This document shows positions 35,923-49,657 of a stretch of DNA of 64,000 nucleotides, in pieces (positions within the stretch are counted from its first letter, which is position 1; each line of letters opens with the position of its first letter). The notes below the pieces were generated by a model. The model searched no databases and was not told the DNA's origin. It saw only the letters and a program-made list of their open reading frames with translations. The position numbers were made by a program, and so were the translations under genes. The DNA comes from Octopus sinensis. Lineage: Eukaryota. The DNA lies in NCBI RefSeq assembly GCF_006345805.1, contig NC_043002.1:67022001-67086000 (forward strand). Reading direction: 5' to 3'.

Positions 35923-36053
35923 GTATTTGCTCATTGAGTACCCCCAAAAGTGAAATTGTAGAGCTGTTATATTGTGCTGAGTTACAGAGATTTGCATACA
36001 AAGGCAGCGATGACATAAACGTACACCGACTCACATTCAATCATCTGCACGTT

Positions 36054-36088
<35 letters not shown>

Positions 36089-37014
36089 GCACATGTACAG
36101 CCACATTCACCAGCACATGCGCACATGGGCGTGCGCAAACAGACCAAAGGAATGATACACAAACACTCACTTTACGAATGCACATTCGTTTATGCAGACT
36201 CGTTCACTCACACGTGAGTAAACAAAATTAAAAGAATGCACTTATACACCAATGCACACAAACACAACCACACACATATACATACATATATATTTATGTG
36301 TGTGCGTTATTGTGTCTGCCTTTGTCCCCCACTACCGCTTGACAACAGGTCTTGATGTATCTTAGCGGTTGGGCCAAAGGAGAACGATAGAAAAATTACC
36401 GGCCTTAAAAAAAAAAACAAGTACTTGGGTCGATTCATTCGACTAAAAACTCTTCAAGGAGGTTCCCAGCATGGCCGCAGTATAATGATGGAAACAATTA
36501 CAAAATAAAAGATAATACACACACACATACACACACACACACGGAGAAAGTGCACGGACGAGTAAAATCACATAGATACAGTCAAACAAGAGCATACGCA
36601 AGCGCATTATACGGTACACGACTTAACGCATTGAAAAAAACCTGTACAAACATACAACAGCATAGGCGAGCCAATTAGGAAACTGCATAGACGAGCCAAT
36701 GTTGTTGTTCAGTCTGCTAGATGCGGCAGCTAAAGCCCTCTTCTAATAGCCACCTAACTAAGGAGGTATAGGAGACATATAGTTCATGATACATAAAGTG
36801 GCTGGATGGTTATGGCTGGAATGGTTGTTCAGAGCTGACCTGCAGCTAAAACACGACGTCAAAGCCAACAGCAGCACATACATTTTCTACTGTGCATAAA
36901 TCAACACATACACAACTACACAACGATGCACGCGCATAAATGATACAATGCTCGCGTGCACATACATACGTCTGCACGTGAGCATTGTACGTGTGTGTGT
37001 GTTTGTGTGTGTGT

Positions 37015-37242
37015 AATATAAATTAGAGATAAAATCACTATTATGCAACTCAAACAGTGATAGACATAAACCAAAACATAAATAACAAATAAAATATATT
37101 TTATAAAACTTATATATTGATCATTCATTTTGTGATCTAGTTATATGTTTTATAAAAATATATTTTATTTGTTATTTATGTTTTGGTTTATGTATATCAC
37201 TGTTTGAGTTGCATAATAGTGGTTTTATCTCTAATTTATATT
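37015..37242. mobile_element. AT-rich foldback / MITE-like element, ~95-bp arms
   Basis: AATTAGAGATAAAA(T/C)CACTATTATGCAACTCAAACAGTGATA... inverted. A single arm recurs at about 54635-54705. Confidence 0.8.
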
Positions 37243-38554
37243 CTATATATTTATATTGTGAAATATGATTTAATACTAAATTGAATTTTTCCCTGTAAGC
37301 TTAGAGTTATACTCCATATTATTATGTGTGTGTGTGTGTATGTATGTATACACACACACACGTATAAGTACGCCTGAGAAAATTCTAAGGAATTTGCTTT
37401 GCAGTGATGTGATGTTATTCCGAGTTCATTCACAGTGGAAGTATATTGCATGTATACATATATGTGTGTCACTGTATTTATGTTCACACCGGTCTAAAAA
37501 ATCAGTTTTGTTCATATTATCTTCCTTTATTGACCATAACTGTGTGGCCCAACCTCGCTAAAATAAGTACCAAATAGAAATAAGTATTGCTGTCGATACA
37601 TTTAAGTAAAACCTTTGAGGGCTGTGCTCAATGATAAAAAGCAGTAAATGATTAAAATCAATAAAACATGTTTATTAAATAAATAATTAAAACCTCTGTT
37701 ATTAGCTAAGTAAACATCTAGAATGCCATTAGCCAACTTAATTATGTTGGTAAATGAATATTTTGAGTAGTAAGTACATTAAACAACCGTCGTCCATTCC
37801 TATATACGACCAAAAAAGTATTCGCTTTCCAACATAATTTGCATCAATATATATGGGAGACAATACTGAATGTGTGTCACCATTTTGTAAAGGCTTCTTC
37901 GGAGAGACTTAATTTCTTCGTAACGTGCCATAGTACAAACGAAAAACTCCGACACTTGTGATTTAAATGTCATATTGACATACTAAATTTGTCATGGATA
38001 CCATCTGCGTAATATTTAGATAAAAAGATTTCATATTTGGAATAATATTAACTAAATGATATTCACATGTACAGCAAAACAAAAATATTGTTTGTCGATG
38101 ACGAATTTAGTAAACTGAATCAATGTCGAGCTGCTCATTTACTCTAACGGAAATTTTGCTATGAAAAATATATATTAAATTCTTTTTGTTGCAAAGGAAG
38201 TGGAAGCTGAGCTTTCGGCCACGCATATGGACATCTTCAGAGGGTATTAAGATAAGCTGAAGGTTAGTATTTTTGGAATGGATGAATAAACAAACAGATG
38301 GAAATCTGTTGGAGAGGATCATATTAGCAATTACATTTGTATATTAAGAACGCTGTAAACAGTTGTTACGTAGAATTAAGGGATTAGTATTGCGCTGTGA
38401 TTGGTTAATATAAGCAGCAGCTTATATTAACCAATCGTTATATTGTGAATCGTTAAGATTTCACAAAGACTGGCTGATTGTTACATGTAATAAATAGTGA
38501 AATCTCCTGTCGTAAACGACAGATGAGGATTCCGCAATTTCTTGTTGAACAATC

Positions 38555-38618
38555 TGGCGTAGTGGTTAAGAGCGCGGGCTACTAACCCCAAGATTCCGAA
38601 TTCGATTCCAGGCAATGA

Positions 38619-38663
<45 letters not shown>

Positions 38664-38815
38664 TGATGATAACAACAACATCGAAAATACCTTAGGAATG
38701 AGAACCCAGGTTCAAAATTTCTCCAAGATACCTGATGGTATATCAGCCGAGACGTTGTGTTAGCAACAAACAAGATGAGGACAAATATCCGTCAAATGTA
38801 AATAATATAAATAAT
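38555..38815 (+). mobile_element. tRNA-headed SINE-like element with (AAT)n spacer and hammerhead-type tail (family E), degenerate HHR
   Basis: TGGCGTAGTGGTTAAG (A box), AATTCGATTCC (B-box-like), (AAT)n, then tail homologous to 41808-41990 with an ~11-nt deletion in the HHR. Confidence 0.75.
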
Positions 38816-40376
38816 GTGAATGAAGTATCTGCTTTAAACAATAGTTGATCCCCTCCATCAAATCGATTGATATTGCCTGTAAAGGTGCATTGTGTATCCC
38901 ATGTCAGATGTTGTAGTGATCACTAAGCAGCCTGAGGCGAAATGCATTTGCTCAAGGCCACAACGCGTTGCCTGGTTCGGAAATTGAAACTATGATCTTG
39001 GGATTGTGAACGCAACACCCTAACAACTAGGCCACGCGCCTTCACAATATATTATAAGGAATCGTCAAAATATTGTATAGAATGCTTAGTAATATTTGTC
39101 CCGAATCTCTTCACTCTGATTTCAAATCACGCAGAAGTTAACTTAATCTTTCTTTCTCTCAGGATTGATAAAAAAAAATGCACAAATCCAGGGCGGTTGA
39201 TAGATAGAATTGTTAGAACATTGGATGGAATGCTTTCATTATGCGTTGCGGCTGTATACATTCTGAGTTCAAATCCCGCCCCGTCACCAAAAATGTGGGG
39301 AGACTTTGCCTGCCGTTGCAATCAACATATAATATTAGTAATCTGTAAAACCAATCAAAACTTAGTTTTCTTGGTTCGATCAGAAGATCGGCTGTTATCA
39401 TGGTGTAATGATAGAGAGAGAGAGAGAGATTTAGTTACGTTTTTTAGCAGGTCGATTGACCACTCAGAAACTCCTTCATTGGCTTGTAGTTAAGCTATGA
39501 ATTAATGCGTTTATGTATAAACGGCGTAAATGAAAGCACTTCAGCTGAGAATAGAAAAAGGGTCGAGTGTCTGGTTTGCTGCTCAAAAGAGAAAGCTACA
39601 TATGCACATCCTCCCACTCTCACATAGTAATAAATTAGTATACTCGTATTATAAACAAAGCATGGGAGAGAAACACTACATTCTCACTATTTTGGATCAC
39701 TCACTCTCTCGGTACAACTCTTTGAAATGTTGATCTTTATTGCAAAATATGTTACATTTTTAAAGAGAAGTGCAGTTGATTGAATCGACACTAGTATATA
39801 ATCGATGCTTTTAAAAATTGAATATAGATATTGTGTTGTATTTTCACTGCTTTGACACTCGGAACTTTTGGAACATATTAAAATAATGTAATTTCCTGAA
39901 AAAGCTACAAATATATATAGGACATGAATTAGATTATGAAATATTCATGCCTTTCTTAAGAACATAAGAGTGATAGCAATTAGAGAGTGGAAGACTCATT
40001 TTTGCTATTAAAAGACTTGGGAAAACGTCTAGCTTTAGTCAATCATTTATTATTTAGTAATAAAAGTTTCGTCTTACTATCTGCGATCTGGGCATGACTG
40101 AATAAGTTTAAACAGTTTTTTGCGTATTTTTGAATAAGTTTTCCACGCTGTAATTGCCTTAGTTTCATCATAAGGTCTCTCATCATATCACTCGTCAGAC
40201 AAATATATCTTGGAAAAACTAGAAGCATTATAATCTAATAAGAATATTGAATGACTGTGTGATTAACAAGGTCGCTTTGTAACCACTTGGTTTCGGGTTC
40301 AGTTCCACAACACAATTTGGGCAAGTAGCCCCGGGCTATAACTGTGTGGAAGCCCGTAATATATATATATATATAC

Positions 40377-40650
40377 ACAAAATGAATGGGACAAGAACGC
40401 AAAACATCCAGACAGTAAGGTGATACAAAAAAGGGACAAAAAACATCCAGATAGACGATTCAAAGAAAACAAGGACGGGTCATTCGGAGTTTTCTTTCCT
40501 CAGTCGACTTCCAGATTATCTCTACAATTTCGGCTGGTTATACTCGAGATTGCTCCAATCTGGCCAACCCCGAGGAAAAACTAAGCTATGAGCATTAAAT
40601 TCTTTGGAAGAAAGCAGCGAATGGATACTTAAACAAGGACGGGAAAAATA
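40377..40650. mobile_element. Diverged relative of the 9690-10586 element
   Basis: Colinear blocks GGACGGG..ATTCG, CAGTC, CCAGAT, CAATTTCGGCTG, GAGATTGCTCC, CTAAGC, GCATTA, TGGAAGAAAGC. Abuts (TA)n. Confidence 0.7.
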
Positions 40651-40699
40651 TGTGTGTGTGTATGCATGTGCATGTGTGCGTGTGCAAGTCTTTGTGCTT

Positions 40700-41324
40700 G
40701 TCTCACCACTTGACAACCACCGACGTTGATTTGCTTATGTCTTCGTAACTTTGCAGTTCGGTAAAAAAAACTGATATAATAAATTCTTGACTTAAAAAGG
40801 AGGTACTGGGGCCGATTTTTCGACTGAAGTCTTCGAGGGGGTGCTCCAGCATGGCTACTGTTCACTGAATGAAACAAAAGATAAAAGATGACAGTACATA
40901 TATCAAAAGCAGTTACGCTTTTGAGAATCACTCTCTCTCTTTACTCTCCTACTTGTTTCAGCCATTTGACTGCAGCCATACTGGAGCACCGCCATTAGTC
41001 GAGCAAATCGACTCCAGGACTTATTCTTTGTAAGCCTGGTAATTATTCTATCGGTCTCTTTTGTTGAACCGCCAAGTAAGGGGGACGCAAACATACCAAC
41101 ATCAGTTGTCAAGCGATGCTGGGGGACAAACACAGACACACACACACACACATATATATACGACGGGCTTCTTTCAGTTTCTGTCTATCAAATCCACTCA
41201 CAAGGCTTTGGTCGGCCCGAGGTTATAGTAGAAGACACTTGCCTAAGGTGCCACGCAGTGGTACTGAACCCGGAACCATGTGGCTAGTAAGCAAGCTACT
41301 TACTACACAGCCATTCTTGTGCCT
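40700..41324. mobile_element. Solo C module (plus, 40700-40890) facing a full B+C SINE (minus, 40950-41324)
   Basis: Consensus blocks in opposite orientations. Confidence 0.8.
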
Positions 41325-41807
41325 ACAGACAAATCGTTATATAATTTCTTATTTCTACACACTTTGCTATCCCCCTACCCCACACCCGATTCCTCTGGCA
41401 AAGTAAGGAATTAGTCGCTGATTATTGTGAATGTCATTTCACGATCTTATGCGGTGTGATCACCGATATATTCTTCTTTGCATTAGTTAAGTGACTTGCT
41501 TTCATAACAGAGGATAAAAGAAATGTGTGATTTTCACTTTTGAGGAGATTATAGTAATTAAAAAATAGTAATGAAAAGGACATAAATTTCGTTAAATTTC
41601 TAAATATTAATGAATCACTTTCACTTTCTTTTTTATTCTTTGTCCTTTCAGTTGAGAAGTTTGAAAACAAAAGACGGAGAATATATTTGCTTTGTTTTGT
41701 TTTTATCGATAATGAATTTAAATGAAATATGTTCAATACCTTCTGATCAACGCTCCTAAAGTTAGATAAAATTTGATGCAATTAAATTTTAAATCGATAT
41801 GTTAGTT

Positions 41808-41985
41808 ATACAGTTCTATATTTAAGAGACGAGGAATTATGCACATTATTTACATTTGACGGATATTTGTCCTTATCTTGTTTGTTGTTAACACAACGTT
41901 TCGGTTGATATACCCTCCAGCCTTCATCAGGTGTCTTGGGGAAATTTCGAACCTCGGTTCTCATTACTAAGGTATTTTTCGATGT

Positions 41986-42022
<37 letters not shown>

Positions 42023-42115
42023 GCATTATTATTATTATTATTATTCAGCTCACTGCCTAGAATCGAACTCGGAATCTTGGGGTTAGTAGCCAGCACTCTT
42101 AACTAGGACGCCATA
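41808..42115 (-). mobile_element. Family E tRNA-headed element with near-intact hammerhead
   Basis: Head TGGCGTCCTAGTTAAGAGTGCTGGCTACTAACCCCAAGATTCCGAGTTCGATTC, (AAT)n, tail with HHR. Confidence 0.8.
41890..41935 (-). ncRNA. Minimal type I hammerhead ribozyme, canonical core
   Basis: GACAC-CTGATGA-A-GGCTG(gagggtatat)CAACC-GAAAC-GTT-GTGTT. The other copy has CAGCC, which restores stem II. Loopless palindromic stem III ACGT. Confidence 0.7.
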
Positions 42116-43399
42116 TGTAAATTATGTAAACATGTTAGTATTTTAGAAATATTATTTACTGAGGACCGAGGCTTCAGGGTTCTTTCCTCCTAATTTATAC
42201 CCATGACCAAGAACTAAAACTTAACCAGATATTTTTCTGTTGTATGTAATCCATTACCAAGCTTATTCCGGCCGTGCTCATCTTTTTTTCTCCCAGGTAC
42301 AAAACAAAATGACAGCTTCCAAGTCCTGTTTCCTGACTAGGTCACTGCCCAGGTGGACAGTCGGAATAAATAAATAGACAAAATGTTTTCACTTTTATAA
42401 AATGATTAAATAAATATGGAAGACCCTACACACAAAAAACTATGTCCATTTACGCGGGAGCTCTGGGCAAAATGTTACATTGCATGACCTTCTTTGGGAC
42501 ATAAGTAATGTGTATGTAAAGTTTGGAGAAAATCGGTTGAGAATTGGGGAAATGTATGCGTTAGTCATTATGCACACATACTGTGACATATATACTATAT
42601 ATATATATACATGTGCGTCATAATGTAATAATTAAATTATATATTATGCACTTTATTGTTTTGTTATGCCTGTCATCTCCTGGTCCAGTGAAAAATGCCT
42701 TGCATGAAATCGGTTCGTGGTGCAAAACATCAAAGGGACCGTTGCTATGAAGGACAGCATTAGTCCTTACAGTCTTCATTTTTGTCAATGTGACAACGGT
42801 CTGTTTTAAGAGAGATTCGGCTACTTTTTCTAGGAGATATAGATGGCATACAAATATTCCGTTTTGTCGGTTAGTCCATTAAGCACTCTTGAGTCATTTG
42901 GGATCCGACCAAAGACCCAGTTTTCAATATAAAGATTCAACAAAGAAATAATTACAGTTTAGTGATTGCTTCAGATTGCTTTCTCCGGGTTCACAGTAAG
43001 TGTTGAATTTCGTACTTTGAGCCACGGAACCAGTTGTCACATTTACGTAGTTCCTAATGTTAACAAAAATGGAATATACGATATTGCCTAGAAACAAGGG
43101 AACTCAGTTGTTGAAAGATTCTTATCTTGATCCTAGGACTAAGCACTAGGACAACGACAGATATGAATTTTTAATTTCTCAGATGGTTGGCCAGAACCCC
43201 ATTAACTTCAGTAACCGAACTCCCGTCGTTTATGAAAGCACACTTTTAAATTTATTTTCCAATACAACCAGTCTGGAAGAATGAATAATAAATTTGAGTT
43301 CAAATTAGAGGGATTTTAACTCAGAATATCCAGCGACGTGACTAAATACTACAAGGTATTTTACCGTCGCTCTACCACTTCTGTCGATCCATTCATGCA

Positions 43400-43800
43400 A
43401 AATATTGATTTCAAATTTTGGTACAAGGCAAGCAGTTTCGGGTTAGTTGCTAAGTCGATGACACCGACCCCTGTGTCATCGACTTACTAGTATTTATTTC
43501 ATGGATCCCCAAAGGATGAAAAGCAAAGTCAACCTTAGTGGAATTTGAACTCAGAACGTAAAGACGGACGAAATGCCGCTAAACATTTTCCCCATTCCAC
43601 CAGATCACCGCTTTATTCTTGCTAAATATTAAGAAAGAAAAAAAAAAGAAAAATTCACAAGGATATGAAATAACAGAGTCGTTAGAACGTCGGACGAAAT
43701 ACCTTGTGGTATTTAGTCTTGACCACGTACAATCTAAGTTGAAATCCCGCAGAGATCGCGGTCGATGAAAGAAACATAAGCCAAGCACTGGTACTTATGT
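43400..43800. mobile_element. Two family A SINEs in divergent orientation (minus 43400-43590, plus 43675-43800)
   Basis: Consensus blocks. Confidence 0.7.
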
Positions 43801-43842
43801 ATTTTATCAAAAATACCCATCTACTAGAATTGATGCCTTGTG

Positions 43843-43887
<45 letters not shown>

Positions 43888-44213
43888 CAATATTAAGAAA
43901 TAAACATGTTTGTTTAGTTGAATAAGGAAAGAAAATTTGAAAATCGGAGCATCGTAACATGTGGTCTGTTATGTCTCTTTCTCTCTAATCTTTCCCTTGT
44001 TTTTCGCTGTTGTTCCAGCTTTAACGTAACAACACTCACAATATCAAACAACTACAGACAACAACAAAACACATTATGCTCTATTTCTCACGAAACCATT
44101 CCATTTTTACAAGATTGTCCAATACAATACAACCTTCCTTTAAATACTGGGCTTTGTTTCCCGATCCATTTTAATCCTATTATTTCGCGCGCGCGCATAT
44201 ATATGTATGTATA

Positions 44214-44272
<59 letters not shown>

Positions 44273-45619
44273 AAGATACCCATATATATGTAAGCACACT
44301 CATATACATACACATTATATAAAAATATATATACTTAAACGTATAAATATGTATGTATATATGTATATATATATATATATGTTTAGGTGGAGAGACTACT
44401 GAAACAGAGGCAGCGAACCAGTGTGATTGGATCTACCAATTTCTTTAACTCATCGAAGTTTCCAAATGATTAAAAAAGCCAACAATAAAAAATAAAAATA
44501 TCGACTCCATCGAAATCAATTCTAAGAAAAATATATTACCTGAAATCAACAAGATGTAAACAACAACAACAACAATATCAACAACAACAGCAACAACAAA
44601 AATCAATATTTCTTTAAGTCATCTTATTTAGAGATAGGATTTAAACAGGAGCTTTTCTCCCACAGCTAACACCTTCAGTCATGACTTGTCTCCTTTGACA
44701 TCCTAAGTTTTGCTTTTATTTAAAGAAGTTAGTCGATAGGCTCCTGTTTTGAGCTCCGTTTTACATAAATATAAAGAAGCAAATAACTAAAAGACCAACG
44801 CGTTAAGTTATTTGATTATTAGTTTAGAAGTTTGGTCGGTTTAGGAAAAAAAAAGCTCCTTTTTTCTTTATATATCAGAAATAAAATATTGACAATGAGA
44901 TAATTTAGCTGCTGCCAATATTTTCATGAAGAATCCAACGAAAGAGGAAAAAAATGAAATAATAAAACATTGCAAAAGACAACAGTTACGAGAAAAAAGA
45001 AACCCAAAAATGATTCAACAAAATTTTTAAAATGAAGTTAAAATTCAACAAAATTTGTGATGCTACAAAGAGCTTTGCGACTTGCATCTCCTTTCGCAGT
45101 TTGTAAGCGTCAAGTTATTCAAATTATTGGTAAGGCAATCGAATAAAATAAATCAATTTACCGACCAGTCATGTGGGTATCGAATCTAAGAATTTTTATA
45201 ATCTTGGTTCCAAAATATAAATGTAAATAAGAGAAAGTCAACGAGTCTATTATAAACGATTTTATCCTGTCCTGTCATAAAATTGGTATATTATATGAGT
45301 ATCACTGAAATCTAGATCAATTAATTACGTTGTTTACAATCAACATGGCGTCCATCTGAATAAAATTGCGTTCAGTTAGTAATAAATTTTTAAAGTTTGA
45401 ATATCTCTTCATTTGAACTCCCAAATTCAGTTAATAAGGAAGTCTGAAGGCTCAATCGGATGAAGTAAAAATTGATCGCTCATTTACCAGAACTAGAAAC
45501 AACTAATAGCAGTGTAAAGTTATCAAATGTGGTACCTCCATTCCGTTAAGGAGCATTTAAGCAAAGATAGTACTCACCCCTATTTTGCCTGGAAACGTAT
45601 AGCGGATGGTAGTTTTCAC

Positions 45620-45664
45620 CACTGTTTCAGTGGATTTGGTAGACGGAAACTGAAAGAAATCCGT

Positions 45665-45739
<75 letters not shown>

Positions 45740-45895
45740 TGTATGTATGTATGTATGTGTGTGTGTGTATTTGTCCCTACCCCCGCCATTGCATGACAAC
45801 CGATGTTGATGTGTTTACGTCCCCGAAACCTAGCTGTTAGGCAAAAGAGACCGATAGAATAAGTACTAGGCCTATATAAGTACTAGGCTTATATA
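45620..45895 (+). mobile_element. 5'-truncated B+C SINE
   Basis: GTGGATTTGGTAGACGGAAACTGAAAG, microsatellite, then truncated C module. Confidence 0.75.
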
Positions 45896-45982
45896 GTTCA
45901 AATTTATAGAAAAAAAAAACGAAGACAGGTGTTTGAACAACAAACAGGTGTATTAGTTTTATGCTCGGAAAAGTGAGAAAGA

Positions 45983-46018
45983 GTTTTACGTTTCGAGCCT
46001 ACGCTCTTCAACAGGAAG
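45983..46018 (-). ncRNA. Degenerate hammerhead motif
   Basis: CTGTTGA-A-GAGC(gtag)GCTC-GAAAC-GTA. Core A6 mutated, stem I poor. Confidence 0.4.
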
Positions 46019-46569
46019 GAATAAGAGAAAATAAACAGAGAGAGAATAAAAAATAACTTGTGGATTTAGCGGTTAAGTATGGCGATATGCAATCTGTAAT
46101 AATTTGTTTGTTGGAGACCATGTGCTGGAGGAGTTAAGCGCGGCTTTTCAGTTGCTTTTAATTTGCTATTCGCAAATAAGACATTAACAAGGCATCACCA
46201 TCGAATATCATTACTGAAGATGAAATTAATCACACTGATAATGTTCAATAACGTAAAGCTAATGTCGGTAAATACGTAAAAGAGACCCCTTGAACTACTG
46301 AATAACAGAGGGTGGGGGGGGCGATGAGAATTCCATCTGTGATCGATGGTCCGTGCAGTGGAGAATGAGAGACATACAAGTTGTTATTGGCATTTTATTG
46401 CAGTCTGTTTAAGAAGTCAATCAGGACTATTATTTATAAAAGGATCCAACGTCATTTAATATGTCAGTCACCATAACGCCAGGTTGTTCAGGTACACTTA
46501 GTCGACGATAACTTGGCACAGTTCTTCGCTGATAATGAGAATACATATTACGTTATATCATATTATATT

Positions 46570-47420
46570 GTGTGTGTGTGTGTGCGTGTGTATGTATGCG
46601 TGTGTGTGTATGTATGTATGACTGTGTATATGTATGTATGTATGAGTGCGTATGTATTTATGTATATGTATGTGTGTGTATATATGTATGAGTGTATGTA
46701 TGAGTGTGTAATGTATGCATGAATGTGTGTGTGTGTAATGTATGCATGTATGTGTGTGTGTGTATGTATGCATGTATGTATGTGTGTGTGTGTATGCATG
46801 CATGTATGTGTGTGTGTGTATGTATGCATGTATGTGTGTGTGTATGTATGCATGTATGTGTGTGTGTATGTATGCATGTATGTGTGTGTATGTATGCATG
46901 TATGTGTGTGTATGTATGCTTGTATGTGTGTGTGTGTATGTATGCATGCATGTATGTGTGTGTGTATGCATGCAAGTGTGTGTATGTATGTATGTATGTA
47001 TGTATGTGTGTATGTGTGTATGTGTGTATGTGTGTATGTGTGTATGTGTGTACGTATGAGTGTGTGTACGTATGAGTGTGTGTACGTATGAGTGTGTGTA
47101 CGTATGAGTGTGTGTACGTATGAGTGTGTGTACGTATGAGTGTGTGTACGTATGAGTGTGTGTACGTATGCGTGTGTGTATGTATGCGTGTGTGTATGTA
47201 TGCGTGTGTATGTAATGTATGTATGAATGTGTGTATATGTATGTACGTGTGTGTGTGTAATATATGTGTTTATGTAATGTATGTATGAACGTGTGTCTGC
47301 ATTATGTATGTTGTGTGGGTAATGTATATATTTATGTGTGTGTATGTATGTATGTGTGTGTCTAATGTATGTATGCATGCATATATGTGTGTATAATGTA
47401 TATATGTATTATTAGGCGCA
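46570..47420. repeat. (TATG)n/(TG)n compound repeat with embedded 16-bp minisatellite
   Basis: TATGAGTGTGTGTACG repeated about 7 times near 47050-47165. Confidence 0.95.
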
Positions 47421-47689
47421 TCCATGACTGTAAGGTCAAGAACCTCGCGTGGTTTCGAGTACAGTGCCACTACGCGGCACATTGAGTAGCCGTCTCCTGT
47501 TATAGCCCCGGAGAGACCGATGCCTTGTGAGTGAATAAGGTAGAAGGAAACAGCGTGGAAGTCCATCGTATGTGTGTGGATGGGGGTGTTTATGCTTATA
47601 TTTGTCGCCCCAACACCACCTTTTAACGATCGGGTTTGATTTGTTTACGTCTTCGTAAATTAAAAAGACCCCATTCAGTCTCGAATGAC

Positions 47690-47946
47690 CATGGGATTGC
47701 ACCTAGAAAGTTCCTCTCCGAGGCACAAGTCCGGCAAGGTTGTTTATGGAGGACCAGTAGTCGCCCCATGCATACCAACCTCTCCTCTGCGCCCCACTGA
47801 CATCAAACTCATTTCTACAGCTGAGTGAACTGGAACAACACGAAATAAAGTGTCTTGCTCAAGAACACAACACACAGCCCCGTCCAAGAATCGATCTCAC
47901 TACCTCACGATTGTGAGCCCGACGCTCTAACCACCAAACCATGCGA
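47690..47946 (-). mobile_element. tRNA/CORE-like SINE (family F)
   Basis: Head GCATGGTTTGGTGGTTAGAGCGTCGGGCTCACAATCGTGAGG..GATCGATTC, body GTGTTCTTGAGCAAGACACTTTATTTC. Fragments also near 8220-8330, 14660-14760, 28290-28400 and 38870-39040. Confidence 0.7.
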
Positions 47947-48299
47947 TAAATTAGCAGTTCGGCGAAAGAAAAAAAAACGAGAGAATTTCATTTGACTTTT
48001 TAAAGGGAGCACATAAGGTCGATTTGTTCGAGTAAAACCCTTGAAGGCGGTGCCCCAGCATGGTCGCCGCCCAATGACTGAAACAAGTTAAAGAAAAGAT
48101 GTATTTAATGTATTCATGTTACAATAATTGTTATATAGCTATGCTTGTATAAATGGCTGATTGCTGTTACTGTTGTTTTTATTTCAGAAGCTCGACATGC
48201 AGTCTACTTTTACGTAGTATTCTGACACAGTAACAATAAATTGAATTGAAGTTCTATTGAAATTATATTAGTCAATGCGGAGGGTACCCCTCCACTGAT

Positions 48300-48335
48300 A
48301 TACATATACGTACATAGATACATATACGTACATAC

Positions 48336-48375
<40 letters not shown>

Positions 48376-49427
48376 CATGCATATATATGTATACATATAT
48401 ATACATATATATATATATATATACATATACACATATACATACATACATATACATACATATATACACATATACATACGTACATATACATACATATATACAC
48501 ATATACATACGTACATATACATACATATATACACATATACATACGTACATATACATACATATATATACGTACGTACACATACATACACATACATATACGT
48601 ACATACACATACATACACATACATATATACACGTACATACACATACATACACATACATATATACACGTACATACACATACATACGTACATACACATACAT
48701 ATATATATACGTACATACACATATATATATACGTACATACACATATATATATACGTACATACACATATATATATACGTACATACACATACATATATATAT
48801 ACATACATACACATACATATATATATATACATACATGCATATATATGTATACATATATATACATATATATATATATATATACATATACACATATACATAC
48901 ATACATATACATACATATATACACATATACATACGTACATACACATACATATACATATATACATACATATACATACATACACATACATACATACATACAC
49001 ATACATACATACATACATATACATACATATATATACGTACGTACACATACATACACATACATATACGTACATACACATACATACACGTACATACACATAC
49101 ATACACATACATATATACACGTACATACACATACATACACATACATACACATACATACATACATACATACACATACATACGTACATACACATACATATAT
49201 ATACGTACATACACATATATATATACGTACATACACATATATATATACGTACATACACATATATATATACGTACATACACATACATATATATATACATAC
49301 ATACACATACATATATATATACATACATACATATATATATACATACATACATATATACATACATACATACATATATACATACATACATACATATATACAT
49401 ACATACATATATACATACATACATACA

Positions 49428-49459
<32 letters not shown>

Positions 49460-49500
49460 CATACATACATATATATACACACACACATACATAGATACAA
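48300..49500. repeat. ~1.2-kb (TACA)/(TA)/(CA) compound microsatellite with internal block duplication
   Basis: Directly visible. Source of the 380-445 aa low-complexity ORFs. Confidence 0.95.
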
Positions 49501-49625
49501 GAGAAATACAAGTACATGAACGTCCTGCAGAGAGCATACAGTGTCACAGCTCTGTTTCACTAATATATGGGCGTTTCGAGTAAGAGAAAGAGTGAAAGAA
49601 AGAGAGGGAGAATGGGGATACATAA

Positions 49626-49657
<32 letters not shown>

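Noticed and set aside
46558-47378. 100-270 aa H/T/Y- or C/V/M-rich ORFs
   Set aside because: Microsatellite artefacts. The same applies to ORFs at 1997-2748, 3889-4930, 32616-33084, 34029-34499 and 55582-55988.
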